This document shows positions 1 to 15,000 of a DNA stretch of 64,000 nt, in pieces (the stretch's first letter is position 1; every line of letters begins with the position of its first letter). The position numbers and the translations under genes were made by a program. Source of the DNA: Euprymna scolopes. Its lineage: Eukaryota. Below the pieces are notes generated by a model. The model was not told the DNA's origin. It was given only the letters and a program-made list of their open reading frames with translations, and did no database searches. The stretch lies in the NCBI GenBank assembly GCA_053919585.1, contig CM132809.1. One strand, 5' to 3'.

Positions 1-3000
1 AGTGTTACTACTCATATGCATCGATAGATTTGATTTCTCAGGACAGGAATACTCCAATTGTTCCAAGGAATATGACTTTTCCTCAGTGTTACTACTCATA
101 TGCATCGGTAGATTTGATTTCTCAGTAAAGAAATACTCCAATTGTTCCAAGGAATATGACTTTTCCTCAGTGTTACTACTCATATGCATCGATAGATTTG
201 ATTTCTCAGGACAGGAATACTCCAATTGTTCCAAGGAATATGACTTTTCCTCAGTGTTACTACTCATATGCATCGGTAGATTTTATTTCTCATGACAGGA
301 ATACTCCAATTGTTCCAAGGAATATGACTTTTCCTCAGTGTTACTACTCATATGCATCGATAGATTTGATTTCTCAGGACAGGAATACTCCAATTGTTCC
401 AAGGAATATGACTTTTCCTCAGTGTTACTACTCATATGCATCGGTAGATTTGATTTCTCAGGAAAGAAATACTCCAATTGTTCCAAGGAATATGACTTTT
501 CCTCAGTGTTACTACTCATATGCATCGATAGATTTGATTTCTCAGGACAGGAATACTCCAATTGTTCCAAGGAATATGACTTTTCCTCAGTGTTACTACT
601 CATATGCATCGGTAGATTTGATTTCTCAGGAAAGAAATACTCCAATTGTTCCAAGGAATATGACTTTTCCTCAGTGTTACTACTCATATGCATCGATAGA
701 TTTGATTTCTCAGGACAGGAATACTCCAATTGTTCCAAGGAATATGACTTTTCCTCAGTGTTACTACTCATATGCATCGGTAGATTTGATTTCTCAGGAC
801 AGGAATACTCCAATTGTTCCAAGGAATATGACTTTTCCTCAGTGTTACTACTCATATGCATCGATAGATTTGATTTCTCAGGACAGGAATACTCCAATTG
901 TTCAAAGGAATATGACTTTTCCTCAGTGTTACTACTCATATGCATCGGTAGATTTGATTTCTCAGGACAGGTATACTCCAATTGTTCCAAGGAATATGAC
1001 TTTTCCTCAGTGTTACTACTCATATGCATCGATAGATTTGATTTCTCAGGACAGGTATACTCCAATTGTTTCAAGGAATATGACTTTTCCTCAGTGTTAG
1101 TACTCATATGCATCGGTAGATTTGATTTCTCAGGACAGGAATACTCCAATTGTTCCAAGGAATATGACTTTTCCTCAGTGTTACTACTCATATGCATCGA
1201 TAGATTTGATTTCACAGGACAGAAATACTCCAATTGTTCCAAGGAATATAACTTTTCCTCAGTGTTACTACTCATATGCATCGGTAGATTTGATTTCTCA
1301 GGACAGGAATACTCCCATTGTTCCAAGGAATATGACTTTTCCTCAGTGTTACTACTCATATGCATCGATAGATTTGATTTCTCAGGACAGGTATACTCCA
1401 ATTGTTCCAAGGAATATGACTTTTCCTCAGTGTTACTACTCATATGCATCGGTAGATTTGATTTCTCAGGACAGGAATACTCCAATTGTTCCAAGGAATA
1501 TGACTTTTCCTCAGTGTTACTACTCATATGCATCGATAGATTTGATTTCTCAGGACAGGTATACTCCAATTGTTCCAAGGAATATGACTTTTCCTCAGTA
1601 TTACTACTCATATGCATCGGTAGATTTGATTTCTCAGGACAGGAATACTCCAATTGTTCCAAGGAATATGACTTTTCCTCAGTGTTACTACTCATATGCA
1701 TCGGTAGATTTGATTTCTCAGGACAGGTATACTCCAATTGTTCCAAGGAATATGACTTTTCCTCAGTGTTACTACTCATATGCATCGATAGATTTGATTT
1801 CTCAGGACAGGTATACTCCAATTGTTCCAAGGAATATGACTTTTCCTCAGTGTTACTACTCATATGCATCGGTAGATTTGATTTCTCAGGACAGGAATAC
1901 TCCAATTGTTCCAAGGAATATGACTTTTCCGCAGTGTTAGTACTTATATGCATCGGTAGATTTGATTTCTCAGGACAGGAATACTCCAATTGTTCCAAGG
2001 AATATGACTTTTCCTCAGTGTTACTACTCATATGCATCGATAGATTTGATTCCTCAGGACAGGTATACTCCAATTGTTCCAAGGAATATGACTTTTCCTC
2101 AGTGTTAGTACTCATATGCATCGGTAGATTTGATTTCTCAGGACAGGAATACTCCAATTGTTCCAAGGAATATGACTTTTCCTCAGTGTTACTACTCATA
2201 TGCATCGGTAGATTTGATTTCTCAGGACAGGAATACTCCAATTGTTCCAAGGAATATGACTTTTCCTCAGTGTTACTACTCATATGCATCGGTAGATTTG
2301 ATTTCTCAGGACAGGTATACTCCAATTGTTCCAAGGAATATGACTTTTCCTCAGTGTTACTACTCATATGCATCGGTAGATTTGATTTCTCAGGACGGGT
2401 ATACTCCAATTGTTCCAAGGAATATGACTTTTCCTCAGTGTTAGTACTCATGTGCATCGGTAGATTTGATTTCTCAGGACAGGAATACTCCAATTGTTCC
2501 AAGGAATATGACTTTTCCTCAGTGTTACTACTCATATGCATCGGTAGATTTGATTTCTCAGGACAGGTATACTCCAATTGTTCCAAGGAATATGACTTTT
2601 CCTCAGTGTTACTACTCATATGCATCGGTAGATTTGATTTCTCAGGACAGGAATACTCCAATTGTTCCAAGGAATATGATTTTTCCTCAGTGTTACTACT
2701 CATATGCATCGATAGATTTGATTTCTCAGGACAGGAATACTCCAATTGTTCCAAGGAATATGACTTTTCCTCAGTGTTACTACTCATATGCATCGATAGA
2801 TTTGATTTCTCAGGACAGAAATACTCCAATTGTTCCAAGGAATATGAATTTTCCTCCGTGTTACTACTCATATGCATCGGTAGATTTTATTTCTCAGGAC
2901 AGAAATACTCCAATTGTTCCAAGGAATATGACTTTTCCTCAGTGTTAGTACTCATATGCATCGGTAGATTTGATTTCTCAGGACAGGAATACTCCAATTG

Positions 3001-6000
3001 TTCCAAGGAATATGACTTTTCCTCAGTGTTACTACTCATATGCATCGGTAGATTTGATTTCTCAGGACAGAAATACTCCAATTGTTCCAAGGAATGCTCC
3101 AATTCTTCCAAGGAATATGACTTTTCCGCAGTTTTAGTACTCATATGCATCGGTAGATTTGATTTCTCAGGACAGGAATACTCCAATTGTTCCAAGGAAT
3201 ATGACTTTTCCTCCGTGTTACTACTAATATGCATCGATAGATTTGATGTCTCAGGACAGAAATACTCCAATTGTTCCAAGGAATGCTCCAATTCTTCCAA
3301 GCAATATGACTTTTCCTCAGTGTTAGTACTCATATGCATCGGTAGATTTGATTTCTCAGGACAGGAATACTCCAATTGTTCCAAGGAATATGACTTTTTC
3401 TCAGTGTTACTACTCATATGCATCGATAGATTTTATTTCTCAGGACAGGAATACTCCAATTGTTCCAAGGAATATGACTTTTCCTCAGTGTTACTACTCA
3501 TATGCATCGGTAGATTTGATTTCTCAGGACAGGAATACTCCAATTGTTCCAAGGAATATGACTTTTCCTCAGTGTTACTACTCATATGCATCGGTAGATT
3601 TGATTTCTCAGGACAGGAATACTCCAATTGTTCCAAGGAATATGACTTTTCCTCAGTGTTACTACTCATATGCATCGGTAGATTTGATTTCTCAGGAAAG
3701 AAATACTCCAATTGTTCCAAGGAATATGACTTTTCCTCAGTGTTAGTACTCATATGCATCGGTAGATTTGATTTCTCAGGACAGGAATACTCCAATTGTT
3801 CCAAGGAATATGACTTTTCCTCAGTGTTACTACTCATATGCATCGATAGATTTGATTTCTCAGGAAAGAAATACTCCAATTGTTCCAAGGAATATGACTT
3901 TTCCTCAGTGTTAGTACTCATATGCATCGGTAGATTTGATTTCTCAGGAAAGAAATACTCCAATTGTTCCAAGGAATATGACTTTTCCTCAGTGTTACTA
4001 CTCATATGCATCGGTAGATTTGATTTCTCAGAAAAGAAATACTCCAATTGTTCCAAGGAATATGACTTTTCCTCAGTGTTACTACTCATATGCATCGATA
4101 GATTTGATTTCTCAGGAAAGAAATACTCCAATTGTTCCAAGGAATATGACTTTTCCTCAGTATTAGTACTCATATGCATCGGTAGATTTGATTTCTCAGG
4201 AAAGAAATACTCCAATTGTTCCAAGGAATATGACTTTTCCTCAGTGTTACTACTCATATGCATCGGTAGATTTGATTTCTCAGGAAAGAAATACTCCAAT
4301 TGTTCCAAGGAATATGACTTTTCCTCAGTGTTACTACTCATATGCATCGGTAGATTTGATTTCTCAGGAAAGAAATACTCCAATTGTTCCAAGGAATATG
4401 ACTTTTCCTCAGTGTTACTACTCATATGCATCGGTAGATTTGATTTCTCAGGAAAGAAATACTCCAATTGTTCCAAGGAATATGACTTTTCCTCAGTGTT
4501 ACTACTCATATGCATCGATAGATTTGATTTCTCAGGACAGGAATACTCCAATTGTTCCAAGGAATATGACTTTTCCTCAGTGTTACTACTCATATGCATC
4601 GGTAGATTTGATTTCTCAGTAAAGAAATACTCCAATTGTTCCAAGGAATATGACTTTTCCTCAGTGTTACTACTCATATGCATCGATAGATTTGATTTCT
4701 CAGGACAGGAATACTCCAATTGTTCCAAGGAATATGACTTTTCCTCAGTGTTACTACTCATATGCATCGGTAGATTTTATTTCTCATGACAGGAATACTC
4801 CAATTGTTCCAAGGAATATGACTTTTCCTCAGTGTTACTACTCATATGCATCGATAGATTTGATTTCTCAGGACAGGAATACTCCAATTGTTCCAAGGAA
4901 TATGACTTTTCCTCAGTGTTACTACTCATATGCATCGGTAGATTTGATTTCTCAGGAAAGAAATACTCCAATTGTTCCAAGGAATATGACTTTTCCTCAG
5001 TGTTACTACTCATATGCATCGATAGATTTGATTTCTCAGGACAGGAATACTCCAATTGTTCCAAGGAATATGACTTTTCCTCAGTGTTACTACTCATATG
5101 CATCGGTAGATTTGATTTCTCAGGAAAGAAATACTCCAATTGTTCCAAGGAATATGACTTTTCCTCAGTGTTACTACTCATATGCATCGATAGATTTGAT
5201 TTCTCAGGACAGGAATACTCCAATTGTTCCAAGGAATATGACTTTTCCTCAGTGTTACTACTCATATGCATCGGTAGATTTGATTTCTCAGGACAGGAAT
5301 ACTCCAATTGTTCCAAGGAATATGACTTTTCCTCAGTGTTACTACTCATATGCATCGATAGATTTGATTTCTCAGGACAGGAATACTCCAATTGTTCAAA
5401 GGAATATGACTTTTCCTCAGTGTTACTACTCATATGCATCGGTAGATTTGATTTCTCAGGACAGGAATACTACAATTGTTCCAAGGAATATGACTTTTCC
5501 TCAGTGTTACTACTCATATGCATCGGTAGATTTGATTTCTCAGGACAGGAATACTCCAATTCTTCCAAGGAATATGACTTTTCCTCAGTGTTACTACTCA
5601 TATGCATCGATAGATTTGATTTCTCAGGACAGGAATACTCCAATTGTTCCAAGGAATATGACTTTTCCTCAGTGTTACTACTCATATGCATCGGTAGATT
5701 TGATTTCTCAGGACAGGAATACTCCAATTGTTCCAAGGAATATGACTTTTCCTCAGTGTTACTACTCATATGCATCGGTAGATTTGATTTCTCAGGACAG
5801 GAATACTCCAATTCTTCCAAGGAATATGACTTTTCCTCAGTGTTACTACTCATATGCATCGATAGATTTGATTTCTCAGGACAGGAATACTCCAATTGTT
5901 CCAAGGAATATGACTTTTCCTCAGTGTTACTACTCATATGCATCGATAGATTTGATTTCTCAGGACAGGAATACTCCAATTGTTCCAAGGAATATGACTT

Positions 6001-9000
6001 TTCCTCAGTGTTACTACTCATATGCATCGGTAGATTTGATTTCTCAGGACAGGAATACTCCAATTGTTCCAAGGAATATGACTTTTCCTCAGTGTTACTA
6101 CTCATATGCATCGGTAGATTTGATTTCTCAGGACAGGAATACTCCAATTGTTCCAAGGAATATGACTTTTCCTCAGTGTTAGTACTCATAGGCATCGATA
6201 GATTTGATTTCTCAGGACAGGAATACTCCAATTGTTCCAAGGAATATGACTTTTCCTCAGTGTTACTACTCATATGCATCGATAGATTTGATTTCTCAGG
6301 ACAGGAATACTCCAATTGTTCCAAGGAATATGACTTTTCCTCAGTGTTAGTACTCATATGCATCGGTAGATTTGATTTCTCAGGACAGGTATACTCCAAT
6401 TGTTCCAAGGAATATGACTTTTCCTCAGTGTTACTACTCATATGCATCGGTAGATTTGATTTCTCAGGACAGGAATACTCCAATTGTTCCAAGGAATATG
6501 ACTTTTCCGCAGTGTTAGTACTCATATGCATCGGTAGATTTGATTTCTCAGGACAGGAATACTCCAATTGTTCCAAGGAATATGACTTTTCCTCAGTGTT
6601 ACTACTCATATGCATCGGTAGATTTGATTTCTCAGGACAGGAATACTCCAATTGTTCCAAGGAATATGACTTTTCCTCAGTGTTACTACTCATATGCATC
6701 GGTAGATTTGATTTCTCAGGACAGGAATACTCCAATTGTTCCAAGGAATATGACTTTTCCTCAGTGTTACTACTCATATGCATCGGTAGATTTGATTTCT
6801 CAGGACAGGAATACTCCAATTGTTCCAAGGAATATGACTTTTCCTCAGTGTTACTACTCATATGCATCGATAGATTTTATTTCTCAGGACAGAGATACTC
6901 CAATTGTTCCAAGGAATATGACTTTTCCTCAGTGTTACTACTCATATGCATCGATAGATTTGATTTCTCAGGACAGGAATACTCCAATTGTTCCAAGGAA
7001 TATGACTTTTCCTCAGTGTTACTACTCATATGCATCGGTAGATTTGATTTCTCAGGACAGGAATACTCCAATTGTTCCAAGGAATATGACTTTTCCTCAG
7101 TGTTACTACTCATATGCATCGGTAGATTTGATTTCTCAGGACAGGAATACTCCAATTGTTCCAAGGAATATGACTTTTCCTCAGTGTTAGTACTCATAGG
7201 CATCGATAGATTTGATTTCTCAGGACAGGAATACTCCAATTGTTCCAAGGAATATGACTTTTCCTCAGTGTTACTACTCATATGCATCGATAGATTTGAT
7301 TTCTCAGGACAGGAATACTCCAATTGTTCCAAGGAATATGACTTTTCCTCAGTGTTACTACTCATATGCATCGGTAGATTTGATTTCTTAGGACAGGAAT
7401 ACTCCAATTGTTCCAAGGAATATGACTTTTCCTCAGTGTTACTACTCATATGCATCGATAGATTTGATTTCTCAGGACAGGAATACTCCAATTGTTCCAA
7501 GGAATATGACTTTTCCTCAGTGTTACTACTCATATGCATCGGTAGATTTGATTTCTCAGGACAGGAATACTCCAATTGTTCCAAGGAATATGACTTTTCC
7601 TCAGTGTTACTACTCATATGCATCGGTAGATTTGATTTCTCAGGACAGGAATACTCCAATTGTTCCAAGGAATATGACTTTTCCTCAGTGTTACTACTCA
7701 TATGCATCGGTAGATTTGATTTCTCAGGAAAGAAATACTCCAATTGTTCCAAGGAATATGACTTTTCCTCAGTGTTACTACTCATATGCATCGATAGATT
7801 TGATTTCTCAGGACAGGAATACTCCAATTGTTCCAAGGAATATGACTTTTCCTCAGTGTTACTACTCATATGCATCGGTAGATTTGATTTCTCAGGACAG
7901 GAATACTCCAATTGTTCCAAGGAATATGACTTTTCCTCAGTGTTACTACTCATATGCATCGGTAGATTTGATTTCTCAGGAAAGAAATACTCCAATTGTT
8001 CCAAGGAATATGACTTTTCCTCAGTGTTACTACTCATATGCATCGATAGATTTGATTTCTCAGGACAGGAATACTCCAATTGTTCCAAGGAATATGACTT
8101 TTCCTCAGTGTTACTACTCATATGCATCGATAGATTTGATTTCTCAGGACAGGAATACTCCAATTGTTCCAAGGAATATGACTTTTCCGCAGTGTTACTA
8201 CTCATATGCATCGATAGATTTGATTTCTCAGGACAGGAATACTCCAATTGTTCCAAGGAATATGACTTTTCCTCAGTGTTACTACTCATATGCATCGATA
8301 GATTTGATTTCTCAGGACAGAAATACTCCAATTGTTCCAAGGAATATGACTTTTCCGCAGTGTTACTACTCATATGCATCGATAGATTTGATTTCTCAGG
8401 ACAGGAATACTCCAATTGTTCCAAGGAATATGACTTTTCCGCAGTGTTACTACTCATATGCATCGATAGATTTGATATCTCAGGACAGGAATACTCCAAT
8501 TGTTCCAAGGAATATGACTTTTCCTCAGTGTTACTACTCATATGCATCGATAGATTTGATTTCTCAGGACAGGAATACTCCAATTGTTCCAAGGAATATG
8601 ACTTTTCCTCAGTGTTACTACTCATATGCATCGGTAGATTTGATTTCTCAGGACAGAAATACTCCAATTGTTTCAAGGAATGCTCCAATTGTTCCAAGGA
8701 ATATGACTTTTCCGCAATGTTACTACTCATATGCATCGGTAGATTTGATTTCTCAGGACAGGAATACTCCAATTGTTCCAAGGAATATGACTTTTCCGCA
8801 GTGTAAGTACTCATATGCATCGGTAGATTTGATTTCTCAGGACAGGAATACTCCAATTGTTCCAAGGAATATGACTTTTCCTCAGTGTTACTACTCATAG
8901 GCATCGGTAGATTTGATTTCTCAGGACAGGTATACTCCAATTGTTCCAAGGAATATGACTTTTCCTCAGTGTTACTACTCATATGCATCGGTAGATTTGA

Positions 9001-12000
9001 TTTCTCAGGAAAGAAATACTCCAATTGTTCCAAGGAATATGACTTTTCCTCAGTGTTACTACTCATATGCATCGATAGATTTGATTTCTCAGGACAGGAA
9101 TACTCCAATTGTTCCAAGGAATATGACTTTTCCTCAGTGTTACTACTCATATGCATCGGTAGATTTGATTTCTCAGGACAGGAATACTCCAATTGTTCCA
9201 AGGAATATGACTTTTCCTCAGTGTTACTACTCATATGCATCGGTAGATTTGATTTCTCAGGACAGGAATACTCCAATTGTTCCAAGGAATATGACTTTTC
9301 CTCAGTGTTACTACTCATATGCATCGATAGATTTGATTTCTCAGGACAGGAATACTCCAATTGTTCCAAGGAATATGACTTTTCCTCAGTGTTACTACTC
9401 ATATGCATCGATAGATTTGATTTCTCAGGACAGGAATACTCCAATTGTTCATAGGAATATGACTTTTCCTCCGTGTTACTACTCATATGCATCGGTAGAT
9501 TTGATTTCTCAGGACAGAAATACTCCAATTGTTCCAAGGAATGCTCCAATTCTTCCAAGGAATATGACTTTTCCGCAATGTTACTACTCATATGCATCGG
9601 TAGATTAGATTTCTCAGGACAGGAATACTCCAATTGTTCCAAGGAATATGACTTTTCCGCAGTGTTAGTACTCATATGCATCGGTAGATTTGATTTCTCA
9701 GGACAGGAATACTCCAATTGTTCCAAGGAATATGACTTTTCCTCAGTGTTACTACTCATAGGCATCGGTAGATTAGATTTCTCAGGACAGGTATACTCCA
9801 ATTGTTCCAAGGAATATGACTTTTCCTCAGTGTTACTACTCATATGCATCGGTAGATTTGATTTCTCAGGACAGGAATACTCCAATTGTTCCAAGGAATA
9901 TGACTTTTCCTCAGTGTTACTACTCATATGCATCGGTAGATTTGATTTCTCAGGACAGGAATTCTCCAATTGTTCCAAGGAATATGACTTTTCCGCAGTG
10001 TTACTACTCATATGCATCGATAGATTTGATTTCTCAGGACAGGAATACTCCAATTGTTCCAAGGAATATGACTTTTCCTCAGTGTTACTACTCATATGCA
10101 TCGGTAGATTTGATTTCTCAGGACAGGAATACTCCAATTGTTCCAAGGAATATGACTTTTCCTCAGTGTTACTACTCATATGCATCGATAGATTTGATAT
10201 CTCAGGACAGGAATACTCCAATTGTTCCAAGGAATATGACTTTTCCTCAGTGTTACTACTCATATGCATCGATAGATTTGATTTCTCAGGACAGGAATAC
10301 TCCAATTGTTCATAGGAATATGACTTTTCCTCCGTGTAACTACTTATATGCATCGGTAGATTTGATTTCTCAGGACAGAAATACTCCAATTGTTCCAAGG
10401 AATTCTCCAATTCTTCCAAGGAATATGACTTTTCCGCAATGTTACTACTCATATGCATCGGTAGATTTGATTTCTCAGGACAGGAATACTCCAATTGTTC
10501 CAAGGAATATGACTTTTCCGCAGTGTTAGTACTCATATGCATCGGTAGATTTGATTTCTCAGGACAGGAATACTCCAATTGTTCCAAGGAATATGACTTT
10601 TCCTCAGTGTTACTACTCATAGGCATCGGTAGATTAGATTTCTCAGGACAGGTATACTCCAATTGTTCCAAGGAATATGACTTTTCCTCAGTGTTACTAC
10701 TCATATGCATCGGTAGATTTGATTTCTCAGGACAGGAATACTCCAATTGTTCCAAGGAATATGACTTTTCCTCAGTGTTACTACTCATATGCATCGGTAG
10801 ATTTGATTTCTCAGGACAGGAATTCTCCAATTGTTCCAAGGAATATGACTTTTCCTCAGTGTTACTACTCATATGCATCGATAGATTTGATTTCTCAGGA
10901 CAGGAATACTCCAATTGTTCCAAGGAATATGACTTTTCCTCAGTGTTACTACTCATATGCATCGATAGATTTGATTTCTCAGGACAGGAATACTCCAATT
11001 GTTCCAAGGAATATGACTTTTCCTCAGTGTTACTACTCATATGCATCGGTAGATTTGATTTCTCAGGACAGGAATTCTCCAATTGTTCCAAGGAATATGA
11101 CTTTTCCTCAGTGTTACTACTCATATGCATCGATAGATTTGATTTCTCAGGACAGGAATACTCCAATTGTTCCAAGGAATATGACTTTTCCTCAGTGTTA
11201 CTACTCATATGCATCGGTAGATTTGATTTCTCAGGACAGGAATACTCCAATTGTTCCAAGGAATATGACTTTTCCTCAGTGTTACTACTCATATGCCTCG
11301 GTAGATTTGATTTCTCAGGACAGGAATACTCCAATTGTTCCAAGGAATATGACTTTTCCTCAGTGTTACTACTCATATGCATCGATAGATTTGATTTCTC
11401 AGGACAGGAATACTCCAATTGTTCCAAGGAATATGACTTTTCCTCAGTGTTACTACTCATATGCATCGATAGATTTGATTTCTCAGGACAGGAATACTCC
11501 AATTGTTCCAAGGAATATGACTTTTCCTCAGTGTTACTACTCATATGCATCGGTAGATTTGATTTCTCAGGACAGGAATACTCCAATTGTTCCAAGGAAT
11601 ATGACTTTTCCTCAGTGTTACTACTCATATGCATCGGTAGATTTGATTTCTCAGGAAAGAAATACTCCAATTGTTCCAAGGAATATGACTTTTCCTCAGT
11701 GTTACTACTCATATGCATCGATAGATTTGATTTCTCAGGACAGGAATACTCCAATTGTTCCAAGGAATATGACTTTTCCTCAGTGTTACTACTCATATGC
11801 ATCGGTAGATTTGATTTCTCAGGACAGGAATACTCCAATTGTTCCAAGGAATATGACTTTTCCTCAGTGTTACTACTCATATGCATCGATAGATTTGATT
11901 TCTCAGGACAGGAATACTCCAATTGTTCCAAGGAATATGACTTTTCCTCAGTGTTACTACTCATATGCATCGGTAGATTTGATTTCTCAGGACAGGAATA

Positions 12001-15000
12001 CTCCAATTGTTCCAAGGAATATGACTTTTCCTCAGTGTTAGTACTCATATGCATCGGTAGATTTGATTTCTCAGGACAGGAATACTCCAATTGTTCCAAG
12101 GAATATGACTTTTCCTCAGTGTTACTACTCATATGCATCGGTAGATTTGATTTCTCAGGACAGGAATACTCCAATTGTTCCAAGGAATATGACTTTTCCT
12201 CAGTGTTACTACTCATATGCATCGATAGATTTTATTTCTCAGGACAGAGATACTCCAATTGTTCCAAGGAATATGACTTTTCCTCAGTGTTACTACTCAT
12301 ATGCATCGATAGATTTGATTTCTCAGGACAGGAATACTCCAATTGTTCCAAGGAATATGACTTTTCCTCAGTGTTACTACTCATATGCATCGGTAGATTT
12401 GATTTCTCAGGACAGGAATACTCCAATTGTTCCAAGGAATATGACTTTTCCTCAGTGTTACTACTCATATGCATCGGTAGATTTGATTTCTCAGGACAGG
12501 AATACTCCAATTGTTCCAAGGAATATGACTTTTCCTCAGTGTTAGTACTCATAGGCATCGATAGATTTGATTTCTCAGGACAGGAATACTCCAATTGTTC
12601 CAAGGAATATGACTTTTCCTCAGTGTTACTACTCATATGCATCGATAGATTTGATTTCTCAGGACAGGAATACTCCAATTGTTCCAAGGAATATGACTTT
12701 TCCTCAGTGTTACTACTCATATGCATCGGTAGATTTGATTTCTTAGGACAGGAATACTCCAATTGTTCCAAGGAATATGACTTTTCCTCAGTGTTACTAC
12801 TCATATGCATCGATAGATTTGATTTCTCAGGACAGGAATACTCCAATTGTTCCAAGGAATATGACTTTTCCTCAGTGTTACTACTCATATGCATCGGTAG
12901 ATTTGATTTCTCAGGACAGGAATACTCCAATTGTTCCAAGGAATATGACTTTTCCTCAGTGTTACTACTCATATGCATCGGTAGATTTGATTTCTCAGGA
13001 CAGGAATACTCCAATTGTTCCAAGGAATATGACTTTTCCTCAGTGTTACTACTCATATGCATCGGTAGATTTGATTTCTCAGGAAAGAAATACTCCAATT
13101 GTTCCAAGGAATATGACTTTTCCTCAGTGTTACTACTCATATGCATCGATAGATTTGATTTCTCAGGACAGGAATACTCCAATTGTTCCAAGGAATATGA
13201 CTTTTCCTCAGTGTTACTACTCATATGCATCGGTAGATTTGATTTCTCAGGACAGGAATACTCCAATTGTTCCAAGGAATATGACTTTTCCTCAGTGTTA
13301 CTACTCATATGCATCGGTAGATTTGATTTCTCAGGAAAGAAATACTCCAATTGTTCCAAGGAATATGACTTTTCCTCAGTGTTACTACTCATATGCATCG
13401 ATAGATTTGATTTCTCAGGACAGGAATACTCCAATTGTTCCAAGGAATATGACTTTTCCTCAGTGTTACTACTCATATGCATCGATAGATTTGATTTCTC
13501 AGGACAGGAATACTCCAATTGTTCCAAGGAATATGACTTTTCCGCAGTGTTACTACTCATATGCATCGATAGATTTGATTTCTCAGGACAGGAATACTCC
13601 AATTGTTCCAAGGAATATGACTTTTCCTCAGTGTTACTACTCATATGCATCGATAGATTTGATTTCTCAGGACAGAAATACTCCAATTGTTCCAAGGAAT
13701 ATGACTTTTCCGCAGTGTTACTACTCATATGCATCGATAGATTTGATTTCTCAGGACAGGAATACTCCAATTGTTCCAAGGAATATGACTTTTCCGCAGT
13801 GTTACTACTCATATGCATCGATAGATTTGATTTCTCAGGACAGGAATACTCCAATTGTTCCAAGGAATATGACTTTTCCTCAGTGTTACTACTCATATGC
13901 ATCGATAGATTTGATTTCTCAGGACAGGAATACTCCAATTGTTCCAAGGAATATGACTTTTCCTCAGTGTTACTACTCATATGCATCGGTAGATTTGATT
14001 TCTCAGGACAGAAATACTCCAATTGTTTCAAGGAATGCTCCAATTGTTCCAAGGAATATGACTTTTCCGCAATGTTACTACTCATATGCATCGGTAGATT
14101 TGATTTCTCAGGACAGGAATACTCCAATTGTTCCAAGGAATATGACTTTTCCGCAGTGTAAGTACTCATATGCATCGGTAGATTTGATTTCTCAGGACAG
14201 GAATACTCCAATTGTTCCAAGGAATATGACTTTTCCTAAGTGTTACTACTCATAGGCATCGGTAGATTTGATTTCTCAGGACAGGTATACTCCAATTGTT
14301 CCAAGGAATATGACTTTTCCTCAGTGTTACTACTCATATGCATCGGTAGATTTGATTTCTCAGGAAAGAAATACTCCAATTGTTCCAAGGAATATGACTT
14401 TTCCTCAGTGTTACTACTCATATGCATCGATAGATTTGATTTCTCAGGACAGGAATACTCCAATTGTTCCAAGGAATATGACTTTTCCTCAGTGTTACTA
14501 CTCATATGCATCGGTAGATTTGATTTCTCAGGACAGGAATACTCCAATTGTTCCAAGGAATATGACTTTTCCTCAGTGTTACTACTCATATGCATCGATA
14601 GATTTGATTTCTCAGGACAGGAATACTCCAATTGTTCCAAGGAATATGACTTTTCCTCAGTGTTACTACTCATATGCATCGGTAGATTTGATTTCTCAGG
14701 ACAGGAATACTCCAATTGTTCCAAGGAATATGACTTTTCCTCAGTGTTAGTACTCATATGCATCGGTAGATTTGATTTCTCAGGACAGGAATACTCCAAT
14801 TGTTCCAAGGAATATGACTTTTCCTCAGTGTTACTACTCATATGCATCGGTAGATTTGATTTCTCAGGACAGGAATACTCCAATTGTTCCAAGGAATATG
14901 ACTTTTCCTCAGTGTTACTACTCATATGCATCGATAGATTTTATTTCTCAGGACAGAGATACTCCAATTGTTCCAAGGAATATGACTTTTCCTCAGTGTT

